NCBI RefSeq assembly: GCF_009914755.1
Contig: NC_060939.1
Strand: one strand, 5' to 3'
Length of the DNA: 64,000 bases
DNA from: the human T2T-CHM13v2.0 reference genome, Homo sapiens
The notes under the pieces were generated by a model. That model saw only the letters and a list, made by a program, of their open reading frames with translations, ran no database searches and was not told the DNA's origin. The first letter of the stretch is position 1. Every line of letters starts with the position of its first letter. Made by a program: the position numbers and the translations under genes. Shown in pieces: positions 1 through 43,222 of the stretch.

Positions 1-2321
1 CTTGCTTTTTCTCTGTTTAATTTAATTTTGTCATTAATCTTCGATTGTAGGCTTTCCTCCCATATCTAGAAATCTTTGGCTGTCAGATAATGAGCAAGAG
101 TAGGAGACTTAAAAGCTGATCAGAAGTTCTGAGCAAGGAGGAGGGGCCTGAAAACTTGGCTGTTTACTGTAGGGTGACCTAGGTAGCCACTGTTGGGAAC
201 TGCCAAGTAAGTTTCTTTAGTTCCTTCCTCTTGAACTTGCTAGGTTTCCTAGCGAAAGGTTTTCTGGGAGTTATGCAGATCAGAGGGTTGGGTGGGCTCT
301 CAGCATAAGACATTTATTTTATGATATATGGTTATTACATTTTTCTATTTTTCATAGAATAGTCATGCCCTCAGTTATGCTGGCTTACTCTCAGGGCAGA
401 TTTTTACATTTCCAAATAATAAACTTCATCTTTGGCTGTGGTGGGGAAGGAGCAGTCATCCAGTGAGATAGAATGGTTGAAGGGTTCCAAAGATTTATTT
501 TTTAAGCATCTTTGAACCTTTCCTCCTTCCTCTTTCTCCCAGTTCCAGAGGTACCAAATTGCCAATTCTTAGGCCCTTTGGGGATTTTCTGGTGTCGAAA
601 GGATAGTTCTCAGTTTTCTCCACTGCTAGCTTAGGGTTGAGCTGTCTTGAGTCTGCTAAGTCAGTTTCCACTTGTCCATCTGCTTTCTAACTTTCAAAAT
701 TTTGTTGCTCCTATTACTCTCCTTGCCTGTTCACTTCATCTTTGTGCTTTTACATATGTTGATTAAAAAGTCTTTTCAGGGCAGTTTAGTGAGTTTGAGG
801 GAGGGTATGAAGATAGATGGCATGTTCATTCTGCCTTTTTACCTAGAAGCCTACTCTTTTTCTGCCTGGCAAATTCCTTCTCATCTTTCAAGGGGCTTGC
901 CCTCTGGGAGGTCATCTCCAGTGTTTCCAGGAGAGCTCTTGCTCCATCCTCCACCACATAGTTTTTTTGTTTACACATCTCTCTCTCTCCAACAAGATCG
1001 TGACATCTACAAGCACAGGGCATACACCTGACACATCATGCCTCTCCAGAGCTGGCACAAAGATGCTCAGTACATATCAAATGACCACAGTGAAGCTTGA
1101 CTGTGCTGATGACAAAACCAGTACCTTTTCCACTTGCCATATTGCCTGTTCATTTCAGCCACAGCTTTGGTACCTTGGTAACAGCGGCTGCAGTGGGGAC
1201 CTGGGACCACTTGAGAGAGGCAGGTGTCAGGGATGGCTCTCCCTCCTCTCCTTTTCCATTCTGTTCTTTGTAGCCATGGAGTTTAAGAGCAATGTGGAGA
1301 TGTCAGACATGAGTCTGGCTTATAGAATCATGGGGTATTTTATCAAATACTCCCAGTGTCATCAAGGAAGTAAGCTGTTCCCTGTTTCAAGCCCAATCCA
1401 AAGGAGCAAGCTTTTCTGCCACATCTCATGATGACCAGGCAGGGCTGCTCAGACATTTATTTTATGATATATGGTTGTATATCACACAACCTACCTACTG
1501 TGTATATCATAGCACTTACTGTGCTGAGACCTACAACGCCACCAATGGAGTCTGTAAGGTTTCTGGGGCTCTGGCTATCTCTGATATCCATACCTTAGTC
1601 CATTGTTGATCTTCTCCTTTCCTGCCCCCACTCATCCTCACATACATTCAGAATCTCAGCTTACCTGAGTTTTGTGTAGCACATTAGGAAAGAGGTCTCT
1701 ATGATCACCATAGTACACCTCAAACAAGCCTTTTCTAATTAGCAAGGAGAAAATGCAGGCTGTAGGAGAGGGAAAGGAAGGAGAGGAGGGGCAATGCAGA
1801 AGGTTCTGCAAACTAAAGAGTCAGGGTTAGACACGGGAGCTCTCTAGTCTGGAGAGGTGGAAGGTGGATGGATCTCTGGCTGAGACTGGCCTCTGTGTGA
1901 GGCTGCTGTTCTGCTCTTGGCTTGTCTCCAGAGTGACCATACGTGCACTCTTCCTTCCTCACTGCTGATAGCATTTCCTAAACAAGGCTAGGATGAGTCA
2001 GCCCACCAGGGCCCTGTCAGGCAGAGGTGATGCTTTCCTGGTGGTCAGAACTTAGTCCAGGTGAGGGAGAGTCATCTGCGCCAGTGCTCCTGCTGGCTGA
2101 CCTGTGATGGAAGCCCTTGGGGTCACAGAGAAGACAGGCAAGGCCCTGGGGTTCTTCCAACTCACAGTAGGCTTGTGGGAAGATAGTGGGCCTCCGCTAG
2201 CTCCTGTCTCCCCCAGGGACCCCTCTGGCCAGAGTGCTACTGTCTTCCTTGAGGCAGCCTACTGTCTCCAGCACAGGGGCTTCCCTCCTCCACTCTCCTC
2301 AGCTCTGTTGTAGATTCTGTG

Positions 2322-2323
<2 letters not shown>

Positions 2324-2358
<35 letters not shown>
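2324..2358. repeat. (GT)n microsatellite
   Basis: Direct read. Confidence 0.95.
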
Positions 2359-2363
<5 letters not shown>

Positions 2364-2689
2364 ATGTGGGTGCACATGTTCATATTGGGATGGAAGGAGG
2401 AAGCATCAACAGTGGGCAAGTTGCACAAAGGGATTGAGTCTTCTGAAACAGGACCATGTTCCTGAAGAAACTTTTTTTAGAGAAGTAAGTCTAATATAAT
2501 GACTGTTGGAAGCAAAAACTTATATATTGGTCCCAGAAACCCCAGTGGAAAGAGTACTGGAGAAAGGAAAAGGAAACCTAGGGCTTTGCCATTTGCCAGC
2601 TGTGTGACCCTGGGTGTTACTTAGCTTCTTTGAGCCTCATTTTCCTTTTGTATAAAATAGGAATTAAAATACCAGCCTGTGTTATAAAA

Positions 2690-2900
2690 GAGAGAGATTT
2701 GAATTCTGGCTCTCTACTTGCTAGCTAGATAACTTTGGACAAGAGCTTTAATTTCATGAGCTGGGATTTCCTCGTCCTTAAATTGGAGATTAGTAGCAGA
2801 GTACATTCCTCATAGGATTTTTGTGAGGATTAGATGAGATAATACATGAGAAGTATTCAGCTTAGTATCTGGCACATAGTAAGTCTTCATTAATGTTGGC
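2690..2900. mobile_element. MIR-like SINE
   Basis: MIR core-like text (ttgtgaggattagatgagataatacatg...ctggcacatagtaag). Confidence 0.6.
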
Positions 2901-4199
2901 AATCATTTGCACAGGAGTGTTCTGAGGGTCAAATGAAATTCTATGTATTTGAAAGCTTTTTGAAAACTTTAAATTTCCATTCATTATTCTTTTGAATCGG
3001 AGCTTCTGTGAACTGGGAATGGTTGGGACAAGGCTGCAAGTTTCCAAGCTGGGTTCTTGAGTCAGGTCTGCTGGCTGTGAAACAGAGGCCACAGGGTGTG
3101 AAGGGGCTGAGGGAAGGCCACAGGCTCAAGTGCCGCCATGGGCTGTCCTGGCCAGGGCCGGAAGTGTGTGCACACCTGCCTGTGGACATGCACAAATGCA
3201 CAGCTGGGAGTGAAGGACCCGGAGCCCTCCTGCTTTTATGCATTTTAGGATATAGTTCACATTATTCAGGGCTCAAGGCAATGTGTTCTCCCAAATAAAT
3301 TTGCTTCCAAAGCTCATTGTGGCTATGAAGCCCTAAGCTGTCGGGTTGGCCCCCACTGTGTAGAGGCAGCACCAGAGGGTGGCATGGAGGCTGAGGCCCC
3401 AGCCCTGGGGCTGTGGGGTCCATTCAGCTCCTCCCTCCTTGCCCCACCCCTGCCCTCTTGCCCAAGCATTTGACTGGACTCAGATGCCCTGGAGACTGAG
3501 GCTGTGCTGGGCAGGTCATGGGGCAGGGAGGCTCTGAGCTGGGTCCTTGTAGGGATGAGATCATCTCACAGGATGGTGAGGACACCTGTGCTGGCTCTGG
3601 TCACACACACAGTGATGTAACCAGGGGGTTTAGCTCACAGTGGAAACATGGGGCTCGCTTTACAGCCAGGGCTGCCCAGAGTTTGTTCCTGGCCGACGCT
3701 GCTGCAGCCTCGCCTCCCCTGCTCCCTGCTCCTGTACACAGTTCCCCAGCATGCCCTTTGCTTGTCACCCTCCCCCTCTCATGTTGGGGTTCCCTTGTCA
3801 GGCATGCCCTTCCCATCCACCTTGTGTGTTCACCCTACTTACTCATTTACTTATCGTCCCACAGATTTCTTTTAAGTAATTACCACACCACAGTGTCAGG
3901 CACTGTCTTAGGTGGTGGGGATATAGCAGTGAACAAGATACAGTTTCTACCCACATGGGACCTAAGTCTAGCAGGAGAGATAGGCAAGGAAATAGTCAAT
4001 GACAGTATTGTGATTAGTGCTGTGAAGGGGAAGTGCAGGTGACGTTAGAGCTGAGGGGAAGCGGGAGATCAGAGGGACTGAACCCATCTTTCCTGAAATC
4101 CTGCCCACCCTCCAAGTTGAGTTCAGGTGCCACTCACTACAAAAGCTTTCCTGAGTCCCTAGCCAGAGGTGATTGCTCCCTTCTCTGCAGCCCTAAGCA

Positions 4200-5750
4200 C
4201 TTAGTGCATTGCTTCATTTATTCATCTATAAATATTTGATGAGTGTTGATTCCATACCAGGGACTATTCTAGGAACTGGGGACACAGCAGTGAATAACAC
4301 AGATAAGTCCCTGCTGTCATGGAGCTGATATTTGTCATGGAAAGGATGGACGTAAACCAACACACTCCTAAGTGTATAATATGTCAGGTAGCAATGTGTT
4401 CTATGAAGAAAAATAAACGTAGTAAGAGGAATAGCAAGTGCCTGGGAGACAGCATTGCTGCTTTACACGGGGTGGAAGGGAAGGCCTCTCTAGGGAAGTA
4501 ACAGAGCCCTGCAAGAGTCAAAGCCTGGTGCTCCTGTGGTGTGTGAGGCAAGCCAGCAGGACCACATGGGTGGGTGCATCAAGCTGGGGGAGAGTGGAGG
4601 GAGGTGGGGCCAGCATGATCACAGGGCCCAGATCACGAGGGCTGCGTGAAATGGAGCTAATTGGGGTGTTTTGAACAAAGGGGCACCATGATCTGACATT
4701 ATTTTAAAAGGATCACTCTGTCTTTTCTGCTGAGAATGGGCTGAATAGAGCCAAGCAGCAAGATCAGTGAGGAGGTTATTGAAGAAATTGAGGTGTGAGA
4801 TGATGGGAATGTGGACCAGGCTGTTGGTGGGGAATGGCAAGGAGTGATCAGATTCTAGATATATTCTAAGGGAGGGCCAGCAAGATTGCCTGATGGAGTA
4901 GAGGTGAGGCAAGTAAAGGAATACAGCATTGCCTCTAGGTTTTGGCCTGAGCCAAATATAGGGATGAAGTTGCTATTTACTGAGATTTGTGGGAACTGGC
5001 TTGGAGGGCGGACTAAGGAGCTTGGATGGGACATGGTAAGCTTGATACCTCTTGGACCTTCAAGTGGAAATGCCAGATATGCAGTCAGAAATAACGTCCA
5101 GGGTAGAAGACTGGGCTGGAGATAGAAATTTGGGAGTCCATGAGCATACATATATTTGAAAGCCACAGGACAGAATTAGGACCTCCTGGGTTGTGAGTAT
5201 GGATAGAGAATGGAAAATGGTTCTGGGGCCTGAGCTTTGGGGCAAGTCTAGGTGGGAGGGGAGGACTGATGAAGAGCTCAGGAAAAGTGGCCAGTGAAGT
5301 AGGAGGAGCAGCCAGAAAGAGCGGTGTCCTAGAAGCAAGTGAAGCAAAGGTTTCAGGAAGTGGGGTTGGTGATGCTGATGGGTTAGGCAGATGGGCATAG
5401 GAATTGGATTTGGCAATGTACAAGTCATGGGTGACTGACAAGAGCAATTCTGGTGCAAGAGAGGCTATAAAGTCTGATTTGAGGAAGGAAAATGAAGATA
5501 GTGAGTACAGGCAGCTCTTTCAAAGAATTTTTCTGTAAAGCAGAGAGCAGAGAAATGAGAGCAGGGGCTGGAGGAGGCTGTGGGGTCAAAGGAATTTCTT
5601 TTTAAAGAAGGACACAGTAGAGCAGGCTTGTACGCTGATGAGAAAGATGTAACAGAGAGGAAAAGTCTGATGATGCAGGAGCGAGCAGGAACAATTGCTG
5701 GAGAAATGTCCTTGATTAGGCACGAGCAGGTGGGATCCAGTGAGGGGCCG
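4200..5750. mobile_element. L2-like LINE fragments
   Basis: L2 3'-end-like tcatttattcat...aatatttg followed by purine-rich L2-like body. Boundaries are rough. Confidence 0.55.
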
Positions 5751-6970
5751 CTTTACTTAGGAGCGTGGTGCATCCGTAGGCAGTAGGAAAGGCAGAGCGC
5801 CTGTGCAGATGCTAGGTGCATTGCTGCCTTGTGCGGGTGCATGCCATGTCTCACCTTTTCTATCACACAGTAAGCTCCTGGAGAGCAGAGACCGTGTCTT
5901 ATGTGCTTCTGTGTCCTCATAACCCTAACTTGCCAGTCATATGTACTTAATATATATCTTTGAGTGAATGTATGTTAGCAGTCTCATATCAAGCAAGTAA
6001 CGCAGATCAGTCAGCTTAAGAAATGAAGCAGGATTCATTGGTAAGTCCAGAGGGGCTTCTTATGGAATTGACAAGAGGAGGGCAGCTGTGCCCAGGCAAG
6101 GAATGGAACTAGTACTTGGAAGCATCTTGCAACTCTCTCTGTCTTCCACCTCTTATTCAATCCTGAACATCAACTTCCTTTTTCCATCTCTCACTGTAGT
6201 GTTTGCTTCTCAGTCCATGTGGCAGAACATGGCTGCTCTACTCTTTTGAAGCTAAATTTTTCAGATACAATGGTAGACTGTCTCTAGGTCCTAATTCCCA
6301 AATACCTGGTCAAAGAATTAGCTAGATTAGCTGATCTGGTGTCCGTTACTGGACCAATCCACTATGGCCAGAGAGGTAAGGGACACGTGACAGTAACAGC
6401 TGGGAGCTCCTCCTGTGGGTGGGCTGGAAGTGCCCAGAGAAGGGGCTGGGCAGACACCTCAGTCGGTGTCACTGCAGTGACAGGGTGGGTAGGAAGGTGT
6501 AGATGTGTGGACAGATGGATAATAGGTAAATGAATGAACGGGTGGACAGATAGATGCTTTAGCCATGTTTTCAAATAATCCTAACAGCTCAGGAACCTGA
6601 AATGAAAGGAGGAGGGCTCTTAGAAGGGATGATCATGGTGGGACATAAGGGAGGAGACCCCTGAGGATAGAGCCCTTACTGCAGTTGAGGAAGTAGAATG
6701 GGCCACTATAGAAGGAAGCTTATTCCCAGTAGCCAAGGATTTCTGGAAACTCCTTGTCTCCCTTCCCATTAGGAAGCTAGAAAGTTTCTCCTCCATATTT
6801 TCCTTCCTATTGCTGAAGGGGAATTGTTTTCAGCTTTGACAGGGACCAGCTTCTAAAAATAAGCTGAGCTATCATACAGTGGCTCGGTTCTTCCAGCAAG
6901 CCTGGGGCAGGTGGTCCTGTCCAGTCTCTTCAGGTGGTCTGGGAAGCCACGGCCTCGTGTTCTCTCCTCC

Positions 6971-7306
<336 letters not shown>

Positions 7307-7364
7307 TCTTCCCATTATTTTGGAACTGGCCTTGCTGTAACCCAGTATCCTGCTTCTTTCTCAG

Positions 7365-36844
<29,480 letters not shown>

Positions 36845-38111
36845 CCTCTGCAGAGGCTGGGGGCCTCCACCCAGCAGCAGACCAACCAGGAAGCAGCTTG
36901 AACTGGATGGAGACTTTCCAAATATGGAACTAACTGGAGAAGGTGCACGAAGGAGACACCACTTGGGGACCTCTCTGAGCAGGCTCTCGTGAATCAGCTC
37001 GTCATCAGATGGCTTTGGTGCATGGCACATAGCCCACTGGCCTCTTCTGGTGCCACTGTCACCCAGGGCTCCCGGGCCTCAAGCAGTCCCCACCTCCGAG
37101 TGCCTGGCAACCTAGGCCCTCCTTGAAGTTTACACTTTGCCACTGCTGGAGGCTCCCCTGAGTCCTCTGCATGAGTTCTGCACCCCAAGCCCTTGCCCCA
37201 GCCCAGTCCAGCAGCAGATGTTACAATCTGAGTGAGGACATGCAGGCCAACTTTTACCCTCCTGCATTTGCCTGGCCCTGATCTCGCCTGTCCTCAGGGA
37301 TCCAGACTTCCTCTGCTGGTCTGGCCTGGTGACTCTCAGGGTATCTTCTCCTTCCAGCTACTTTCGCTCACTGATCTCAGCTTATCCTGCAACTAACCAT
37401 CCTTGAGCCCAGATGGGGCTCAGGGCCCTTCCAGAGCCTGTCATGTCCTTGTGCAGTGGCCTTTGATGTGTGTTCACGCTCTTCCCCCTTCACTCACTCG
37501 CCTGCTTCCCATGCTCCCTTGTACCCCCTCGCCACATCCCTGTCTTGGGGCCCAGCTGCAGCCTGCTGCCTGCCCTTCATGGCTCTGCACATGGCCCTTT
37601 GCTTGAGGGCTCCCCACTCCCTGCCCACCAATACCCAGGTGAGGAACAGACCCTCTGGCCTCTCACCCCACTTCAGTGCTCTCTTCCCCAACTTCTCTCG
37701 GGCTCTTTGCTCATGAGGTGAGAGCTGGTGTGAGGGTTGTGTCAGCAGCTGTAGCCAGAGAGAGGTGTTGACTCTGAGAGACCTTGCACTCCATACTGAA
37801 AGGAGGTGGGGTCACAGTGAATTTCACATCCCCTCTCAACCAGGAGTGGAGGGCTAGGTCCCTTCCCCATGGGGAGTACACTTGGGTGTTCTAGGAGGGA
37901 TGCAGTCTATCCATGCACTTGGGTGGAGGGGAGTCTCTGTGCCTGGGAATTAGGACCCCTGCTCCAACCATCGCTCTTGATCCTGGGGCCCCAGCTCTGG
38001 GTCCTCATGTATGGGCTCCCAAGGACCCAGCAGCCTGGATCCTTCCAGAGCATCCCTCCTGGAGGCCTGGGATGGGGTAGGTCTGCAGCTAGCCTACTCC
38101 CTTTGGAATGC

Positions 38112-38117
38112 AATAAA
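38112..38117 (+). terminator. Candidate proximal polyadenylation signal AATAAA
   Basis: Canonical hexamer followed by GU-rich sequence (ttgtgtg...ggtgtggttgg). Confidence 0.5.
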
Positions 38118-41100
38118 GGCAGCATTGTGTGCCCTGCTTGCCCTCATCTGGTGTGGTTGGAGGTCTGTGGAGTCAAGGTCCCCCTCTCCCAGGCAGGCTC
38201 TCTGAGGGCATTCTGTAGTCCCAGGCCCACTGGAAAAATGAATCTATATTTTGGTTCCTGGACCGAAGTTCAGTCGCAGCCTTCTGTGGCCACAGAAAGA
38301 CAGCTTGTGCTGCTTGCACAACTGAGCTGCTGGTGTGTACCCCTTAGCAGGGTGTCTGGGGACTTACGCCTTTGGAATTGCTCTTCATTCAGAAGAGGAA
38401 CACAAAGGAAGCCACCCAGGAAGGAAGCACAGAGCTGGGGGCTCTGGAAACGCCCTGTGTCTCTGGCTACAGCAAGACCAGCCCAGGAGCCCACCAGCAC
38501 CTGCCTCTCAGCTACTTGCTGACCATTTCCTGCTTCTCAAGCTGCAGAGAAGCTTTTCATTCCCACCCCCACCCGGAACCTCCCCTTGCCTAACATTTCC
38601 CCTCTATGGTAACATCTCTGACTTCTCTACCTCCTCTGTGCTCAGGTGACTCCACATCTTCTGCCCCAGTGTGTCCCCACCTCTCCCAGCCTGTATACCC
38701 AGATTACTTTGGTGAACTGAGAGCTGGAGTACTGTTCATTCATTTATTCATTCACCCACTCATTCAGCAGACATATACTGAGTGCTACTTTATGCCAGAC
38801 CCTGGGCTGGCAGCTGTTTGGAGGCAAAGATGTATGAGGCCATCTCAGGAGAGACTACTTGTTAGGATTCTTGAGTTTTGACCAACAGAAATGAACTTGG
38901 ACCAACTTAAGCAAGGAAAAAGCGTTCATGGGAAGGATGCTGGGATAGCTCACAAAACCAAAAGAATAGCTGAACAATTAATTGGCCTTGGGAAGGGTGG
39001 GAGCTGGGGCAACTACGAGGCTTGCCTCCCAGGAGCTGCTGCGGTTGGCAGATCAACACCAACTTGCCATTGGTTCTAGTGGGTCCCCTTCCACTCAAGA
39101 TTCAAATTCCAAGTGAAAGAACCTGGCCTGGAGCTCAGGGCTTCATAGAGTGGGAGGGGGGCAGTCTTCCAAAAGATGCGGACTCTTGCCACATGGAATG
39201 GTGGAGTACGGAAGGGTGGAAAGGGTTTGGTAGGTAAACCCTGAAGATGCTTCTAACACACGTGCTGTTCTCCCATCTCACGTATGACGACTCTCCCACA
39301 GGTAACCAAAACCACATTTCTCTCTGCTTAGGGAATTCAAGATCATATCTAACTTCGAATTCCAGGGGTAATGACGCGGCTTCTATTCTCCAAAGTCCAG
39401 TGTCATTAGGGATAATCTCCCTCTTTCAGTTTTATCACAATTCCATTTTGAAATTCTACAACCTGTAGATTAACTGGTAAAATTAACCATATTCAACCAA
39501 AATTGTATAACCCAGCAAGAATGGAAGAATGGGTAAAGTCTACAGTCCATTTCTAGAACTGGTCATGAGAACTCATGTTTATGATGATGGACTTTTGATC
39601 TGGTGGAGGGACCCAAACCTTCAGTTCTGAAGCTCATTAGTGGTCCTACCTGTGTGACAGGCATTTACTATTGGACTGGCAGTCCCAGGACAAACTCCAG
39701 GAATCCCCCCATGTCCATCTCTACTCCTGCCCTCTTTTACGTAGCAGCAATCATATTTTCCCTTGATAGGGTTCATCATTCTAGATACTCCGATGACTTC
39801 TTTATAATGAGCCTGAAGTGGCCTGGTGGCTGCCTCAGCTTCCAGTTCAGTTGAATAGCTACTACGTCTTTGAGGATGTGCTCCTTGCTGGGGGACTAAA
39901 CTCTCCACGCCAGCCCAGTCCCAAACCTAAACCTCGGGTATGAGAAAAGCATTGAGATCTAGCAATAGCAGGGCCATGTCCACACTGCGTCCTATCCCTG
40001 AAGGAGAAACAGCGCCAGGTATGGTTGCCGGCTCCAAGCGCATGCTGCCTCCTGCAGGCCTGACCCAGCCTCTCGGGGTGTTGTTTCTGGTGCCATAGTT
40101 GAATTTTCAACAAACCATTTCACCACCCTCTCAAGACAGCTGCTGCTGGTTTGTGGGTTCCTGACAAGATGAGTGAATGCCTGCCCATCAACCCGTTACT
40201 CTTCTTTTAGCTGTAAAGTGAATTCTCTGGTTGGGTGCAGTATGTGAGGAGGTCACATGATGTTTATGGCATTTGAGAATTCCATGGATATTGATGGCAG
40301 GAGAGGCATGATGGGTTAGAAAAGCAAATCCAAATCCAGAACAAGGGCCCAAAAGGGCCAAGACAAATTACTGCCCCTCTCAGAGCCACAGGTGTAGACA
40401 GGTGAAAACACTGGACAGTGAGTGAGCTACCCACACACGACCCACTGGTGCCTTCAGAGCCTTAGCCTGGAGCGACAGTGTACCGTTGATAATGGAACGC
40501 ACTGGCCATGCCAGACTTTATGGCTAGACGGTCAGATAACACTACGAGGGGCAGCATGGCCACCAAGTGTGCCAGGGCCAAGTGTTCAGGCTCTCCCAGA
40601 GCCCAGTGGTGAGCCAGAAGGGCATTTTGTACAAGGATAATGGTTACTTTTTGGCCAGAGCATCACTTGGCTCCAAATCCTGGGTTCCCGTATCATATTT
40701 TCTTGTCAGGACTTACCGCAAGCTATGTATGGCTCCGCGGTATGCCACCCATGGAAAGACACCTCATGCACCATTGACCTGCCAGGTCACGTGGCCTGAT
40801 GGCAGCGTCGGCTGCACAAAAGACTTTCCCAGCTGCAATGCCTTCGCCTGCTCTAGGCCCACCCCAAAGCTGGCAGCCTTCTAGGTCAGTTGGTAAATGG
40901 GTTAGAACAAGATGCCCCAAAGTGGCATAAATTGCATGGAATTAGGCCTTAGTGGCGAGGGATTCGACATACAGTCATTTGTCCTACATTGTGAAGGAAA
41001 CATTCTGACCTCAAACAGATCCCTCAACCCCAGAACTTTATAGAAGGGGCAGACCTTGGCATTTTCACATGATTTATCTCCCACTCTGATTCACATATGT

Positions 41101-41844
41101 TTGACCAAGGCACTGGGCAGCTGCCAATTTCCCGTCCCTTCTGTAGTCCCAGATGAATGGATACAGACCTCTTTGGGGAAGGCTGCAAGGAAGGTTCACA
41201 ACATGCATCTAAGTGTTAAAATAAGTTTTTCCTTCAAAAATACATTTGACTTCCTCTCCATTTAAGGTCTGGAAATCAAGTGGGAGATCTTGACTTTACC
41301 TTGGCACTTGAGACAGAACTGTTGGCCCAGAAGTCTTTAGTTAAGGTCATTACTAGGCCATATCTTAGGGGCGTCTGGCCTTTTTCATTCCTGGGACCCA
41401 CAGCTCGAGGTCTGGTTTCCATGCCCTATCCCTTACGATGAGCGCCCTATTTTGTTCCTTCTGTCTATCTCTGTTGCTGAGATCAGGGAGCCCACGTTCA
41501 CAGCAGCTCTTTCAAGCAGCCTCCCAGGCCTAGAGAGGAAAATCAGCAGAGCCTCGTGAATGTATTTCTCGTGGCAAGAAGGGAGCTCATCTTCTGGGTC
41601 CTGCCAGAGGGCAGTGAGGGGGTTGATGGGCTGGGTGCATGCCAGGGACCCAATCAAGCATTTTTATCTTCTGAAATCTTTGAATTCCTGCCTTTCTTGG
41701 ATGTTTGGTCTTTTGATATAATTTAGCATGGGCCAACATTTGGTCCAGATTTGTATTAGCCAAGCCCTCCTAAAATAGTAATAACAGTATCTGGCGATTT
41801 GAGCTTTTACGTAGAATGTAGAATCTCTGGTGAGTGAACATATC

Positions 41845-41850
41845 AATAAA
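41845..41850 (+). terminator. Candidate distal polyadenylation signal AATAAA of ALPK3
   Basis: Canonical hexamer about 5 kb after the stop codon. Confidence 0.65.
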
Positions 41851-41904
41851 GACAACCTGAACCAAAATTATATCTTGGTCATACAGCCTTTAAAAGGTCC
41901 ACCA

Positions 41905-42119
41905 CAGACTGCGCAACATAGGGAGACTCCATCTCTACAAAATTAAAAAAAAAAAAATTAACCAGGCGTGGGGGTTCATGCCTGTGGTCTCAGCTATTTA
42001 GGGGGCTGAGGTGGGAGGACTGTTTGGGCCAGGAGACGGAGGCTGCAGTGAGCTGAGATCACGCCACTGCACTCCCGCCTGGGCAACACAGTGAGACCCT
42101 GTCTCAAAAAACAAAAAAA
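41905..42119 (+). mobile_element. 5'-truncated Alu
   Basis: TSD-like aaa(g/a)gtccacca. Confidence 0.82.
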
Positions 42120-42301
42120 GTCCACCAATGTACCCTATATTTTTTGACAATATATTTGCCAGTTCATGCAGTTTCTTCAGAATATCACTCTTCTCTTTCC
42201 TGATCTGATTAAGACTCTCATCCCCTGGCTTATGCTAAGTGTGGGTTCTGGTTAGTGGTATAACATGTGGTGTGGGGCAGGAGGGAAACTGTTTGCTTTC
42301 T

Positions 42302-42590
42302 TTTATTATTATCATTATACTTTAAGTTCTGGGATACATGTGCACAACGTGCAGGTTTGTTACATAGGTATACATGTGCCATGGTGGTTTGCTGCACCCA
42401 CCAACCCGTCATCTACATTAGATATTTCTCCTAATGCTCTCCCTCCCCCAGCCCCCCACCCCCTGACGGGCCCCGGTGTGTGATGTTCCCCTCCCTGTGT
42501 CCATGTGTTCTCATTGCTCAACTCTCTCTTATGAGTGAGAACACGCGGTGTTTGGTTTTCTGTCCTTGTGATATTTTGCTGAGAATGATG
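42302..42590 (-). mobile_element. 5'-truncated primate L1 (L1PA) 3' end
   Basis: ttatactttaagttctgggatacatgtgcacaacgtgcagg. TSD GGGAAA(C/G)TGTTTGCTTTCT at 42283-42301 and 42591-42609. Confidence 0.92.
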
Positions 42591-42932
42591 GGGAAAGTGT
42601 TTGCTTTCTTCTGCAAGAGAGAGGTACACCTTTCCTGGTAGTGGAGGTAGGAAGGAAATATTTCTGGAGGGTTGTCCTTTTTATGTCCTTTGAATACTCC
42701 CAGATGTCATTAATCCAGCTGACAGGATGCCACCTTTTTTTGAAACCGAATGAGGTTATGAATTCGATTGGTGGTGAATCTAGCAGTTTTGCAGAATCAG
42801 ACTCTGGGTTTGTTTTTAAACAAACTCAATGGCTCCAAGCCATAAGGGAATTTCTACCCAGTAATAGAAAGGTCCTGAATTTCGTTCCATGCCTTGAGGT
42901 GGGAGGATTTTAATGATCATCCTCTAGCTTCG

Positions 42933-43222
42933 TTTTTTGCATGTGTGACAGGGTGTCACCCAGGCTGGAGTGCAGTAGCGCACTCTTGGGCTCACTGCAA
43001 CCTCTGCCTCTGCGTTCAAGTGATTCTCATGCCTCAGCCTCTGAGTAGCTGGGACTACAGGCATCCACCACCACGCCCTGCTAAATTTTTTTTTGTATTT
43101 TTAGTAGAGACAGGGCTTCGCTATGTTGGCCAGGCTGGTCTCAAACTCCTGGCCTCAAATGATCCGCTTGCCTCAGCCTCCCAAAGTCCTGGGATTACAG
43201 GCGTGAGCCACTGTGCCCACCC
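42933..43222 (-). mobile_element. Alu
   Basis: Antisense consensus. TSD catc(c/g)tctagctt. Confidence 0.88.

Larger units (their letters stand above)
36845..41870 (+). other. ALPK3: ALPK3 long 3' UTR (about 5 kb; end approximate)
   Basis: Runs from the stop codon to just past the distal AATAAA at 41845-41850. The length agrees with the long ALPK3 mRNA as recalled. Confidence 0.7.
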
